In this document: positions 39,640 through 51,990 of the stretch, one piece after another
Position numbering within the stretch: position 1 is the first letter of the stretch
How the letters are laid out: each line of letters starts with the position of its first letter
Source: Isurus oxyrinchus
Lineage: Eukaryota
DNA: 64,000 bases
Direction: 5' to 3'
NCBI GenBank assembly: GCA_026770705.1
Contig: JANJGN010000015.1
Span: 118,296,001 to 118,360,000, forward strand
Translations under genes and position numbers: made by a program
The notes under the pieces: generated by a model
Told to the model about the DNA's origin: nothing
The model's input: the letters and a program-made list of their open reading frames with translations, nothing else
Databases searched by the model: none

Positions 39640-40400
39640 AAACAAGATGGAAATGTAGAACCTTTACAGCATAATAAGAGGCCATTCAGCCTATCATGAA
39701 AAACAGCTGACCAGTGTAATCCCACTTCCCAGCTCTTGGCCCATAGCTCTGTAGGTTGCAACATTTCAAGTTCACATCCAAGGACTTTATTTGTTAAATG
39801 CAACAGGGGTTTCTGCCTCTACCACCCTTTAAGGCAGTGAGTTCCAGACCACCCATATGCTCGGGGCGAAAACATTTCTCCTTGAGTCCCCTCTAACCTT
39901 CTGCCAATTACTTTAAATTTGTGCCCTGGTTATTGGCGTACTTATCGAGGGAAATAGATTCTTTCTGTACACCCCCTTGAATTCTTCCCTCATCCTCCTC
40001 TATTGCATACAAATAACAACCCGAGCCCATCCAATCCTTTCTCGTCGCTAAAATTCTCCAGTCCAGGTAAATCCTCATAAACCTCTCCATATACTCTCTG
40101 GTGCAATTACATCCTTCCTGGAATATGGTGATCAGAACTGTGCACTGTATTCGAGCTGTGGCCCAGCTAGCATTTTATGCAATGAGAAAAGCAGAAGATG
40201 CTGGAAATGCTCAGCAGGCCAGGCAGCATCCATGGAGAGAGAAAAAATGTTAATGTTTCAGGTCGATGGCCATTCATCAACATTTTGTACAGGTCTAACA
40301 TAACCTCCCTGTTCTTATATTCTATGCCTTGGCTAATAAGGGAAAATATCCCATATGTCCTCTTGACCACCTTACTCACCTGTCCTGCTATATTCAGGGA
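39640..40400 (-). mobile_element. CR1 3' fragment with a nested Penelope-tail piece (about 40180-40280), abutting the truncated Gypsy
   Basis: GIEYKNREVMLDLYKML. CR1 3' end. Confidence 0.7.
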
Positions 40401-41664
40401 TGAGTGATTTGTCTCTCTCTTCATTAAACGGTCCACATGTTTATGGATGACCTGGTCTTCCACCTCCACGTGGTAAGATAGAGGTCCAGTCACTGCACTG
40501 ATTTCGCCCGGTAACCACTTTGGTCCTACCCCAAAGTTTTTCAGGTACGTCGGCTCTCCCACGGTAAATTTCCTCTCACGACTATGCCAGTTGTGTCTAG
40601 TTTACTGGCTTCCCTGACTCCTTTCCACCTTCCCTTCTAAATTCAGTGTTATCAAGCTCAATCTCGTCCTGAGATGTTGTTTCAACAATAACTCCACAGG
40701 TGTGACACCTGTTGTTGTGTGAGGGGTAGAGCTGTAATGGAAAAGAAAGCGTGCTAGCTTGGTTGCCAAGGAATCGTCAGTTACCTTTCTCATGCCTGCC
40801 TTGAATGTTTGAACTGCCCTTTTGGCCAGTCTGTTTGAGGAAGGGTGGTACGGTGCAGTGTTCACATGAGTGATGCCGTTGAGGCTGATAAACCGTTGAA
40901 ACTCAGCACTCGTAAATGCCGTGCTGTTATTGGAAACGACTACTTCTGGTAGTCAGTGAATGGCAAAAACTCTGACATAGTTTCTCAATTGTAGGCCCGA
41001 TGTTGGTGACATCACCTCATATACGTCCAATCATTTTGAATGGGCATCGACAATGAGCAGAAACACTGTTCCCAGGAAAGGTCCAATGTAGTCAATGTGT
41101 AACCAGACCCAGGGTCTACCTGGCCACTCCCACAGGTGTAACGGAGCTGTCACTCTCAACTTTTGCAGTTTCTGACATTGCACACAGTGCTTTATTAAAC
41201 TCTCTATTTCACCATCCATCCCAGGCCTCCATAGACAGCTGCATGCTACGGTCTTCATTCAGGAAATTCCTGGGTGGGCACTGTGTAGTTCAATTAAAAG
41301 TGACTCCCTTCCCTTTGGAGGAACTATCACTCATGCTTCCCACAATAAGATGCCATCCTGGCTGGTTATTTCATGTCTCCTGTTGAAGTACAATTTCATT
41401 TTGTCAGATATGGGCTCCTGAGACCAACCAAGTAGCACTTGTTCTCGCACTTGAGATAGGACTGGGTTCCGACTTGTCCAGTCTCTGATCTGTTGAGCAC
41501 ATACCTGCAAGGAATCTAAAAAATTTAACAGTAAAACAAGTTCCTGTGGAACTGGGACGTGGTCATCATTTTCTTGTAAAGGCAAACGACTAAGGACATC
41601 GGTGTTTGCAATTTGATTGCCAGACCGGTGTATGAAAGTGTATTCTAACGTTGCCAGAATTAAA

Positions 41665-42272
41665 ATCCTATTAGTATTTCTGCATCATCTTCATACGTGC
41701 CTTCATCTTTCTAGCACAGGCTTTAATCTCCGACTTCTTTTTGACTTCACTATTGGCCAGATTTCTCTCAGATGCAAGCTCAACTTGTCTGAACTCAGTG
41801 ACTGAGTCTCCCAAAATTTCATTATCTGTCTGATTCTTGGAAAATTCTGTGATTTGCTTCCAAAGCCTCTTTGGCTTTATTTAGCTGATTCTTCAGCTCT
41901 TCCATCTCTTTTTTGTATTGTTTGCTGCCTCATGGAAGATTGAACATTGTTGCATCTCCTCTGCCAACTCATTCTTCAGTTTGTTCAGAGAAGTGTTGAA
42001 TTCTTTCTGTTTCTCTTCATACTTTTCCAGAGGTACAAACATTGACTTGAGGGAACCTTGTCGTGTGTGAAGATCTTTCAACAGGTTTTCTTTTTCCCTG
42101 AGAAGGTTGTCCATCTCATCTCGAACTCTGTCATCAAGCAGGGTCTCATTGAGTTCCTTCTGCTGGTCTTCCAAGTTTGGTTTAGGACAGCCTACATTTC
42201 TTCAGGTTGTTGAGTCCTTACACACTCCTTTTCCAAAACAGCAATGCTTCCAGCTTCCTTTTGGATTCCCAG
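41665..42272 (-). pseudogene. Captured host coiled-coil gene fragment (UACA/RAI14/ANKRD24-family-like) inside the Gypsy pol region
   Basis: EMDNLLREKENLLKDL..GSLKSMFVPLEKYEEKQKEFNTSLNKLKNELAEEMQQC resembles the UACA coiled coil as recalled (EMEKLLLENDSLSKDVSRLETVFVPPEKHEKE..LKSNIVELKKQLSELKKKC). Frameshifted continuations on both sides. Confidence 0.6.
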
Positions 42273-43496
42273 TGGCCAATCAAGGTTGACTTCCCTTAGC
42301 CAATTTTGCCCTAGAGGGCTTGGTCCTCTGCCTCTCAATACTAATGCTGGTAGCTTTGCCGATTGGCTTCCATAATGGACAGTTACTCTGCTTATGCCTT
42401 TTACTTGAATGTTCTCATCTGTATACGTTTCTAGTTTGGCAGCTGTTTGTTCCAAACTTAACTGATGTTCACCATTATTCAAATATCTGTAGGTTCCCCA
42501 ATTACTGTAGTGGAAGCTCCTGTGTCCACTTCCATTCTAACAGGTTTGCCATTTACTTTCACTGTGACAAATATTGGTTCTGTCTTTCCAACTTTCAGAT
42601 TAAACGAATAAATGTCAAAATTTGTTGTTTCAGGCTCTTCTACATTGTAGATTTCATTGGGCTTCTTCTTTTGTGTGCAAGCCTGCTTGAATATTTCCTT
42701 ACACTGTCTCATCACATGTCCATTTCTGTGGCAATAGCAGCATTCGATTTTGCATAGGCTGTTTTCCGCTTCTCGGCCGAGTCTCACTTTTTCGCACCAC
42801 TTTCAGCTGAGGTTCCCTGCCCGACGTGGAGGATGGCGCCATTTTTGCGCACCCTGTATTGCTTTCAAATCTCTTACTCCACTTTCCAGCGCTATCTCTA
42901 GCACCTTCTTGAAATCCGGATTCACTTCAGACAATAATGTTTTCTGAATAGTGTCCTCTTTCACACCACACACTAAACGATCTCTGAGCGTACCGTTAGG
43001 AGCTGTACTGAACTCACAATGTTCCGTTAGCTGCTTCAAATTTGCCACATAGCATGCAATTGTCTCACCCGAGGCTCTATTTTGTGAATTAAACCTGAAC
43101 CTCTGCATCGTGACTGAGGGCTTGGATTGAAAGCGACCCTTTACGAGGTCCACCAATTTACTGAGGTTTTTTGAATCTGGGGCATTGGGTGCTGTCAAGC
43201 TTCAAATCAAGCCATAGGTTTTGCTCCCACAAGTACTCAAGAGGATTGCTTGCCTCTTCTCTTCCCCATAATCTCATTCGCTTGAACAAGGAACGTGAGG
43301 CATTCCATGTATTGAGACCAATCGTCTGTGGCTGGTTCAAAAGGATCAATTCTCCAAAATTATGGCATTTTGAGAGGGGATAACTTCTCCAATTCTAACA
43401 GAGCTTGCTGCTTACAATCACTGGGTGAGGTACAGTGCCGAATTCTTTTTAACTTGATTTCTTCTTTTCAATTCTGTTTTATCCTCATTGCCAGTT

Positions 43497-43752
43497 TGTT
43501 GTAAGGTTGTAAGTTATACTATTAATGATGGAGTTGATCTGCAGACACTTTTTGGGGTGGAAATATTAAGTTTATTTACAAAATAGTTAGCAGCAACTAC
43601 AAGTGTGCTTTCAACTCCAGATCTATCTCTACACTGACCGTGGAGATAGCCTGCGCTTCTCTCCTATTGGTTACTACAGATCGTGTGATCTTCCCAAACA
43701 AGTATTATTCTTAAAGATACATTACACACTAAATAAAACCATAATTACTACA
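43497..43752 (-). repeat. 5' LTR of the Gypsy element; adjacent PBS-like TGGCAATGAGGAT at 43493-43481
   Basis: On the minus strand it begins TGTAGTAA and ends TTACAACA (imperfect terminal inverted repeat), contains AATAAA, and is followed by TGG. Confidence 0.75.
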
Positions 43753-44679
43753 AAGAGCAAAGTATAACCAGCACAAGCCAGTGCCTTTCACTTGTAAAAA
43801 TGATGCATCGAGCATTAAGGGTGCCTTCCTTCATCATGGTGTGCACTTGATGAAGCCTGATCTTCCCCAAACACCCATTGTGTAAAAGGAACCTCTGGTA
43901 CTTTGGAAAGATCCCAGGGACGTTTGCTGCTCAGCATTGAGTTGTCTGACCTCAGAGGGGCAGCAGTCAGAGTTTTACACCTGACCTCAGTCTTCCTGTG
44001 TGAGGGAAGGGGAAATCGCTGAGGAGTGACTGCTATCGAGCCATATTACTCAGGAGGGCACATGTGTGGATGAGATCAGCACTGGGCTTTGTTTTGAAGT
44101 CACCTGCAGTTGAATAGCTTAGAATCACTTTCCCGTCTCAGCTGACACACAAAGTAAATTAAACTGGGTGGGATTGGCGGGGTGGCTGTGAGGGATGTTG
44201 TGTCTGCCACAAGTCATGGGACAGTACCCCAATAAGAGTCATCACCTTCACAGGGGTACAGGGGAGGAAGCTGGAAGGAGAGATGTTTAAAAAAGGGCTG
44301 CAGAGTCAGAGCAGCATGCCCTCTCTCATACAGACAGCAAGTGCATCCACGGGCAAGCAGTGTGCTGAATCAACATGCTGGGACAGGAAAGTTTATCTTT
44401 CAGTTTACTGGCACAGAGGGCTGGGCAGTTCCTTCTCTATAGGTGACATCATGTGAAGAAGTCTTTGAAACAATGGAGAGAGAGTTAACCCCATCAGAAC
44501 CACAAAAAAGTTGAAGGTTTTTGCAACATGTCTAGGCAAATATCTGGGTGTTTTGAACATGTGCAGTTCTGAAAATCCTGGGTTAGAAATGATTACATTT
44601 ACCAAAATGATAGCAGGCAGTTCGGCCTGGACATTGACATGTTAGGCTGAGTTTTCACTTTACAGACAGGAAACAGGAG

Positions 44680-45215
44680 GCGGGATTGTTTGCAGATCCC
44701 GAACCCATCCATGTGTGGGGGGGAGGGGGAGGGGGGGAATGGGGAAGGAGCCAGGGACTGCATCAGGGAGCCAAAGGTTTTTAAACTGAAAAATGAAGAT
44801 TCCACAAATAATATAAACATGTCCCTACATGTGACTCAGTCACATGACGAGGGACATGTTAAAAATGATTTTAAAGTTTTTAAATTGTTTTTTTATTTAC
44901 TGTCGGAAACCTCAACCCGCCCTCGGATGAGGTTTCGCAAAAAAAAAAGTGAAGGCTGCCTGGCCTATTCCCTGCCAGCCGACTGTAAGGTTGGACGGGC
45001 AGTGAAATATTCGACTTAACTGCTTGCTTAAGGGCTTTACTAGGCCTCTTAATTGTCGGCAGGCGCGCTGCCAACTCTCACCGTGCACCCGCCGCCTGAA
45101 ATATTGTGCGAGTGCACGATGACATTGGGACGCTCGCCTGACATCATCGTGCGCTATTTTACTCCCGCTTGCACACACACACACACACACACCCACGGGA
45201 CGAAAAATTCTGCCG
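44680..45215. mobile_element. MITE-like GC-rich element with an internal palindrome
   Basis: Terminus GAAAAATTCTGCC resembles the GAAAATCCCAGCC end at 31206-31218. Internal hairpin at 44816-44860. Confidence 0.45.
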
Positions 45216-45247
45216 TGTGTGTGCGTGTGTGTGTGTGTGCAAGCGGG
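45164..45247. repeat. Inverted repeat with 35-bp (CA)n/(TG)n-containing arms and a 14-nt spacer
   Basis: CCCGCTTG(CA)n..CACGG and CCGTG..(TG)nCAAGCGGG pair at 33 of 35 positions. Confidence 0.9.
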
Positions 45248-46656
45248 TGGGCACAGTGTTAGGAAGTACCTCTACAGGGTGGTCTTTGACTGCAGGAAGA
45301 GCAAGAGCCTGTAGGCCTGGCTGGAGTGCTGACATCCTGGCACGTCACCAAGTTCCCAACTCCAAATATTAACCTGCTCCCCATCATGGCAGGAAACTGG
45401 AGGCCGACTGGAAAATCCTTTAATAAAGTTCTTAATGAGCTTAACTGGCTTCCTGCCTCATGGGGTGGTTGGGGTTGGGGTGCGGGGGGGTAGTGGGTAG
45501 TGGGTAGCCCAAACCCACCTCGGCTAAAATGGCCAACGCTGGAAATAGGCTTGGAAAATTGGCACTCTGGCCGGTTCCAGTATTTTTGGCCCTGACCACC
45601 ACCATTCCTGTCCTTAGCAAGGCCCAAATATCCTGACCTTAGCATGTTTGAATAGAAAGGAACTTTAGAGTGAGATTATGGGCCAGCAGAATTGTCTTAA
45701 AGGCACAAAGATGGGTATGGATTGGGCCTTTCCCCTCTGTGCGGTTTAAATCCTGGTCTCTTTCACCCTCCAAACGTGGACAGCACCATTAGATTTGGGT
45801 GCCTACCCAATGGTGGTGTATTATAGTTCATTCAGGGAGACCAAGTTGCTGCATCAACTTGCCCTTCTACATGGAGCTATGGACAGTGATGGCAGAGGGT
45901 CCAACATCCTTTACACCACATGACTGGCCAGACATCTCTCTCACTGCCTCCCAATGGTGTGAGTTGGAAAGTTGATACTCAAACCTGTTTGAACACACCT
46001 TCCTTGGCCATCACATCCTGGGATGGGACTTGAACCCAGAGCCTCTGGCTCAGAGACAGGGACACTACCCATTGCACCACAAGACCCCCTGAGTAGCACA
46101 ATAAGTTGGTCTTCTCCATTTGTCTATTGAACGGTCAGGTAACAGACAGTAAGGAGATTTTAGCTGTGACTCTCCACTCTCCCAGTTCTCTGCAAATTAC
46201 ACTTGGGAAATAAAGGCTTCTTTTGAGGGTAAAGCCATACCCAGTGTATTAACCCATAGAAACTCCCAAGAATCTAAATTCAACCCTAATCTATACTAAA
46301 TTACATAGAAACAGGAGGAGGCCATTCAGCCCCTCGAGCTGCTTTCACCATTCAATTCAATCATGGTTGATCCGTACCTTCACACCTGGAGGACACCAGG
46401 GCCCACAATAATAAATGTTAGCATGTACTTTTTCAGGCTCCTTGTGCCATTCTCATGCTGTGCAACAGACAGTTAAAATGAGTTTGATGCATGTCACAGG
46501 ATAGGACCCTGATATAGAAGCTCCCACTCGAACCAGCCTGGTCACCAACAATTGGGGGGTTTCAACACTTCACCTGATGCTCACAATCTCCCTGCCCTCA
46601 CACTCTGCCATTGGTCACCCAACAGCCAATCGAAAAGCAAACCAATTGTTCCTTAC

Positions 46657-46952
46657 TGTTGTGTTCTTTCTGTCTAGTCGCTTTGCTCAGAGAACAGGGT
46701 TGCACACCTGTCTACTGGTGAGTGAGTTGGCAAACAATATACTGCAGACGCAGAAACCAATGTAAGATGAAGCACATGCAGTTTATTAACACAAGTAACA
46801 GAGCACTAACCCTAGTGTGCTTCTCCAACCAGGCCCTATTCTAAACTACCCATTAACATTGTAGCCTGTGCCTCACAGCCATTGGCTAACACAATCACAT
46901 GGTCAATCTGCTCACATTCTCTTAAAGGTGCACTGCACCTCAGATTACCACA
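46657..46952 (-). mobile_element. Probable solo LTR related to the 43497-43752 LTR
   Basis: TG...CA ends (TGTTGTG...ATTACCACA), flanked by CTTAC/CTTAA (near 5-bp TSD). Shares motif order with the Gypsy LTR (CTGCAGAC, GTTTATT, GTGTGCTT, ATTGG, CTTAAAG, ATTAC.ACA). Confidence 0.6.
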
Positions 46953-47299
46953 CTTAACCAATCAGATCACCCTTAACCACCAATCAAACAACCTTTAAGC
47001 CGCCATCCCTGATATTTTTATGGCTAACAAACAAAGAAGATATAAGAAGCACACAATTTTAACACCAGCGCCACAACCCCCCCACCGCCAGCCCCACCTG
47101 CCCATGAATTTTCTCCCAGGTATTTGCTCATAACAGTGTCCTGGAGATTAATCTACAATTTCTGTAGCCTTCAGGACAGCCCTGGAGGGTTGGCAACCCT
47201 ATGAGTTAGGCGGGCCCCTCAGATGGGCCACTGGGCTCATGGCACTGGAGTGGGAACCAGGCCAGGTCAATCCGCCCATCGCCATCCTTCCAGCTCCAT

Positions 47300-47573
47300 C
47301 TTAGCTCCGCCCCCCCCTCCCCCCCATCTCACTCCCCATTGCTCCTGGGCTTGTTGCCTTGGCGATGGTGGGTGCAGCATTGATTGCTAATTGACTGTTG
47401 CCACGGGAACATTTGTTTAGTGTGGTTAGTCTTCAGCGCGTGGGCGTGAGGAGGAAGGTGTCAAAGCCGCCGAGTGTCACTGTTACACCCATCCCAGAGA
47501 ACGAAGCAGACCTGGGGGAACTGTGCCTTTAATGGGAGTTCCACTGTGAGCTGAGCAATTGGAGAACGTGAGT
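47300..47573 (+). promoter_or_regulatory. Candidate distal promoter/enhancer with a GC box and two RFX X-boxes
   Basis: CTCCGCCCCC near 47304, GTTGCCTTGGCGAT at 47353-47366, GTTGCCACGGGAAC at 47397-47410, donor-like GTGAGT at 47568. Confidence 0.5.
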
Positions 47574-50276
47574 GAGGAGAACTCTCTTTCCGAGTCATGT
47601 TTCCCCGTCGTAAAATCAATAGAAACCCAGGATGCACAGGTACAGAGTGACTGACAATCACTTAAAATACATCTACACACAGCACAATATCAAATATGGA
47701 TCCGCTCAAGAAATTAACCTTTCCTGAAGCCAGAAAGTGAGGGTTTTGGAAATATTCTGTCAGAGAAAAGGCAGCATAACATTTTCAGTGGGGCCTTTTT
47801 GTCCAAACTTTGCACCAGAGTGATTTGTTTTGCCAACTCTTTTTGGCTACGAACCTGCTGTTCACTTCCAACATTTTCTGTATTGATTTCAGATTTCCAA
47901 CATTAGCAGTTTATTTGATAAATACAATGTATATATTATATATCTTTCTGCTGTTCTGGTTAAGATTGTAAACATCCTCAAACTCCTTGGAGGATACTGC
48001 CACCCAGTGGTGAACTTCAGTAACTGCAGGCACCCTTGATATCTGCGCAGGACTTTTCAAAGGTTGCTTCTGAGGTTTCCATAGAAACCCAGTAATTGAA
48101 TCTACCTGCAGCATTGCACTGAGACGCTGATGTGATCCTTTGAGCACTGAACATTATAAGTAACTTAAAGCAAGTCCCTCATTGTCAATCTTTGAGAAGA
48201 GGGCAAAGATAAAATTCTTAAGAGGCCTTGGCTGGGTGGATGCTGAGTTTCCCTGGTTGGATAGTCTAGAACGAGGGTCATATTCTCAGGATAAGGGCGC
48301 AACCATTTGGGACCAAGATGAGGATATATTTTTGGAATTCTTCAGGCAGAAGGTCAGCCACAATCTTATTGAATTGTGGGGCAAGCTTGAAGGCCATAGC
48401 GCCAATTCCTGCGCCAATGTCTGATGCAATGAGCACATCTTTCCTTGGCCAATTTCTCTTGACAAAAGTGCATGTGATTAAAACAGCAAAAACAAAACTG
48501 CACCCATGCTTGTTGACAAAATCTCTTTGTGGAGGAGAAATTTTCCGGATGGAAAACAAGTGCAAGAAATGCCAATTTCACAGGGCAGTGCCCTGTGTCC
48601 TAAGGATGCCTGGTAAACATCTGACTCCATTTCGGGCATCTGGGAAGGCTGCCTAAAACAGGTGTTAGGCCCCTTGCATATGTCAGTTTTCCAGCTCCCC
48701 AACACAAACACAAAACTCCATTAATAAATAAAGCTTACATTTACTGACATGACCAAATGTTACTTATCAAGGAGTGATGAAAAAGGTGCATTCTTCAGTC
48801 AGCCAGCCTGAAACAGTGATTATCCATCTTTAGACAGTGACTCTTAAACAATATGTGTATGTGGATCAGTTATAAGTGCTAGTTAGTATAGTTAGGTAGC
48901 GCTAGTTAGTATTGAAACAATCTAGATGATGTGCTGCACTAATACAATAGACAAACGGTGTTAACCATTTGCCAGTATCCTAGGAGCTCCAATGTATTAA
49001 GTATGCTGGCTGTTTCAAACAGTTCTTTGCATCTCTTTGACTTGCTTGGTGCTTGGTGCAGACTGACGCCACCCTAGGCCACTAGAGGAATGGAATGGAT
49101 TCTGCATCCCAACACCAATTAGTATTTTCATGACCAGCAGGGTTCACAGAGGGTGGAGATTGGCTTCCAATGGATAAAAGTGGTAACACCAATGCACCCG
49201 CTATTCCACAGTAGGGACCATACTCAACCATGAAGGTTCTAGTCTCAATTCCTGGCCTGTACTCAGTTGCTGATCTCAGCTTGGGAACCATAACTGACCG
49301 CAATTCCCCTGGGAAAGGGAGACAATGTGGTCAGGAGGAATTCCTGCATCACTATACAGGAACCTGAGCACAAAACCTCACCTGACACTCCCTGTACGGT
49401 ACTGAGAGAGTGCTACACTGTTGCAGGTGGCATTTTTCAGCTGAGACGTTAAACCAAGATGTTAAAGGTCTGGCCTCTCAGGTGGGTGTAAAAGATCCAA
49501 TGGCCCTATTATACAGAGAGCAATGGAGTTCTCCCCAGTGTCCTGGTTAATGTTTATCTGTTAACCAATATCAATGAAGTACATTATCTGCATGTAATAT
49601 CAATCACAATAAAACTGAGGAATGAAGTCTCCAATCAGACTGTGTATCAATGTTAATGGAAAACCATCTGGGCAGATATTCTAATCAGAGTTTAATACCT
49701 TACAGTTTTCATCACATGGACAACAGCGGTTCATGAAGATGATCCACTACCACCTCCTCGAGGGCACCAGGAAAGGGTGATAAGTTCCAGCCTTGCACAT
49801 CTCGAGAATGAATTCAAAAAAGTAGCGCTTTGTTTTCTTGGCTACTTTTCTGTTTTCTGCTCCTGAAGGGTTCAGTCCCAGAAGCTCCAACCCTACGGTA
49901 CCAAGAGCCATCCTTCACATGTGAATATAAACAGTGAAGGGCAGCACAGTGAAACCTAATCCTGCCTCTACATGACTTGCACATGCATGCATTATCCAAC
50001 AGATGTCACTGGTTAGCAATCAGGCAATGGTGGGGGCTGCAGGCTGATTTTTCTCAGAATGGTTCTGTTGTAACCATTTAAAGCTCCTCTGGTCCCACGT
50101 TTTGTTTTTTGTACGTGTGTCATTATCACCCACTTTTAGCTCTGTACCATGATCACTTCTATCATTCATTCCCCCCTGTTCTTCACCCTATTCCTTTGTT
50201 CAAAGCTCCAGCATCCCACCCCCTTTCCCCTGGCTGTGAGATCTCTCTAATTTCTTCCAGTCCTGATGAAAGGTCA

Positions 50277-50686
50277 AAACAAATATAAAAACAAAGGAAA
50301 CTGCGGATGCTGGAAATCCAAAACAAAAACAGAATTACCTGGAAAAACTCAGCAGGTCTGGCAGCATCGGCGGAGAAGAAAAGAGTTGACGTTTCGAGTC
50401 CTCATGACCCTTCGACAGAACTTGATTTCGAGTCCAAGAAAGAGTTGAAATATAAGCTGGTTTAAGGTGTGTGGGGGGCGGAGAGAGAGAGAGAGAGAGG
50501 TGCTTGTGTAGACAAACAATCTGTGATAGAAGCAGATCATCAAAAGATGTCAGTGACAATGGGACAGAAGAACACATAGGTGTTAAAGTTAAAGTTGGTG
50601 ATATTATCTAAACGAATGTGCTAATTAAGAATGGATGGTAGGGCACTCAAGGTACAGCTCTAGTGGGGGTGGGGATAAAAGATTTT
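50277..50686 (-). mobile_element. Young Penelope-tail element inserted into an older, oppositely oriented hammerhead-bearing element (about 50080-50795)
   Basis: AAAGGTCA duplicated at 50269-50276 and 50687-50694. Confidence 0.75.
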
Positions 50687-51054
50687 AAAGGTCATTGACC
50701 TGAAACGTTAACTCTGTTTCTCTCGCCTGCTAAGTGGTTCCAGCATTTTCTGTTTTTATTTCAGAATCGCAGCATCTGCAGCATTTTATTTTTGTTCCAG
50801 TGGTACTCAACATTGCATTAATTTGGTCTACATTATAACACAGCGGTAAAGGCTATTATTACCCATGTAAAACACAGTCATAAAATCTATCATTAACCTT
50901 GTGTAAAACAGAACTAATTCCTATTTTTGCACCAGGATGCTACAAAGCTAAATTATTGCTGAATACACCACAGGTCATTATTATCCTAATATATCGCCAG
51001 ACTAAAGAATGTCATTGCCCCAGTGTTTCACAATTCTACTGCTTGGGTCAGGTG

Positions 51055-51990
51055 GTCAGAAAGTGGCAATTGGAACTCAATCCAGAAAAGTGTGAGGAGA
51101 GACCTTGGAGTGCATGCCCATAGATCCTTGAAGGCAACAGGACAAATCGATAGAGTGGTTAAGGAGGCATATGGGACTCTTTCCTTTAGTAGCCAAGGCA
51201 TAGAATAAAAGAGCAAAAGGGATTTTGCTAGAAATAAAGTCTTGCATTTATATAGCACCTTTCATCACCCCTTGATGTCTCGACATGCTTTCCAGCCAAT
51301 TAAGTACTTTTGAGGTGTGCTAAATGCTGCAATGTAGGGAACACAGTAACCAATTTGCACACAGCAAGCTCTCACAATTAGCAATGTGATAATGATTAGA
51401 TAGTCTGCTTTTTTGTGATATCAATGATGAATAAATATTGACCAGGACAACAGGGATAACTCCCCTGTTCTTCTTCCAGGTAGTGCCATGTGGGGATCTT
51501 TTGTGAGGGCTGTCAGGGTTCTCAATTTAATGTTTCATCAGCGAGGTGGCACCTCCACAATGCAGTGCGGTACTGTCTTAGGATGCAACACTGATTAGAT
51601 CACAACTACAGTACTGTGTACAGTTCTGGCCACTGCGTTACAGGGTGGATGTGATGGCATTAGAGAGGTACAAAGCAGATTTATAATGATGTTTCCAGAA
51701 ATTTATAAATTTAGCTATGATGAAAGATTGGATAGGCTGGAGTTGTTTTCTTCGAAACAGTGGAGGCTAAAGGGAGACTTAATTAAGGTGTATAAAATTA
51801 TGTGGGGCCTAGTTAGTGGATTGGAAGAACCATTAGCAGGGGGGTCAAAAGCCAGGGGGCATAGATTTAAAATCATTGGCAGAAGGATTAGAGGGAAGTT
51901 AAGGAGTTTTTTTTTTTACCTAGAGGATGGTGGTGGTCTAGAGTTCACTACTTCCAGGGGTGGAAGAGACAGAAACCCTTGTCATATAGC
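51055..51990 (+). mobile_element. CR1 fragment interrupted by a minus-strand Deu-type SINE (about 51235-51575)
   Basis: KWQLELNPEKCE, RDLGV and FSSKQWRLKGDL segments flank the SINE. Confidence 0.75.

Larger units (their letters stand above)
40405..43752 (-). mobile_element. Degenerate Ty3/Gypsy (Mag-like) LTR retrotransposon: 5' LTR, PBS, gag, protease, integrase; RT absent, no 3' LTR seen
   Basis: gag (QRFRFNSQNRASGETIACYVANLKQLTEHCEF...LRDRLVCGV), zinc knuckle CYCHRNGHVMRQC, protease MEVDTGAST, RNase H end YTFIHRSGNQIANTDVLSRLP, integrase HHCC and core (WEWPGRPWVWLHIDYIGPF; TAPYHPSSN). Frameshifts and stops throughout. Confidence 0.92.

Noticed and set aside
41893-42174. Functional exon of a resident coiled-coil gene
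   Set aside because: Frameshifts and stops on both sides, and it is embedded in Gypsy pol; treated as a captured pseudogenic fragment.
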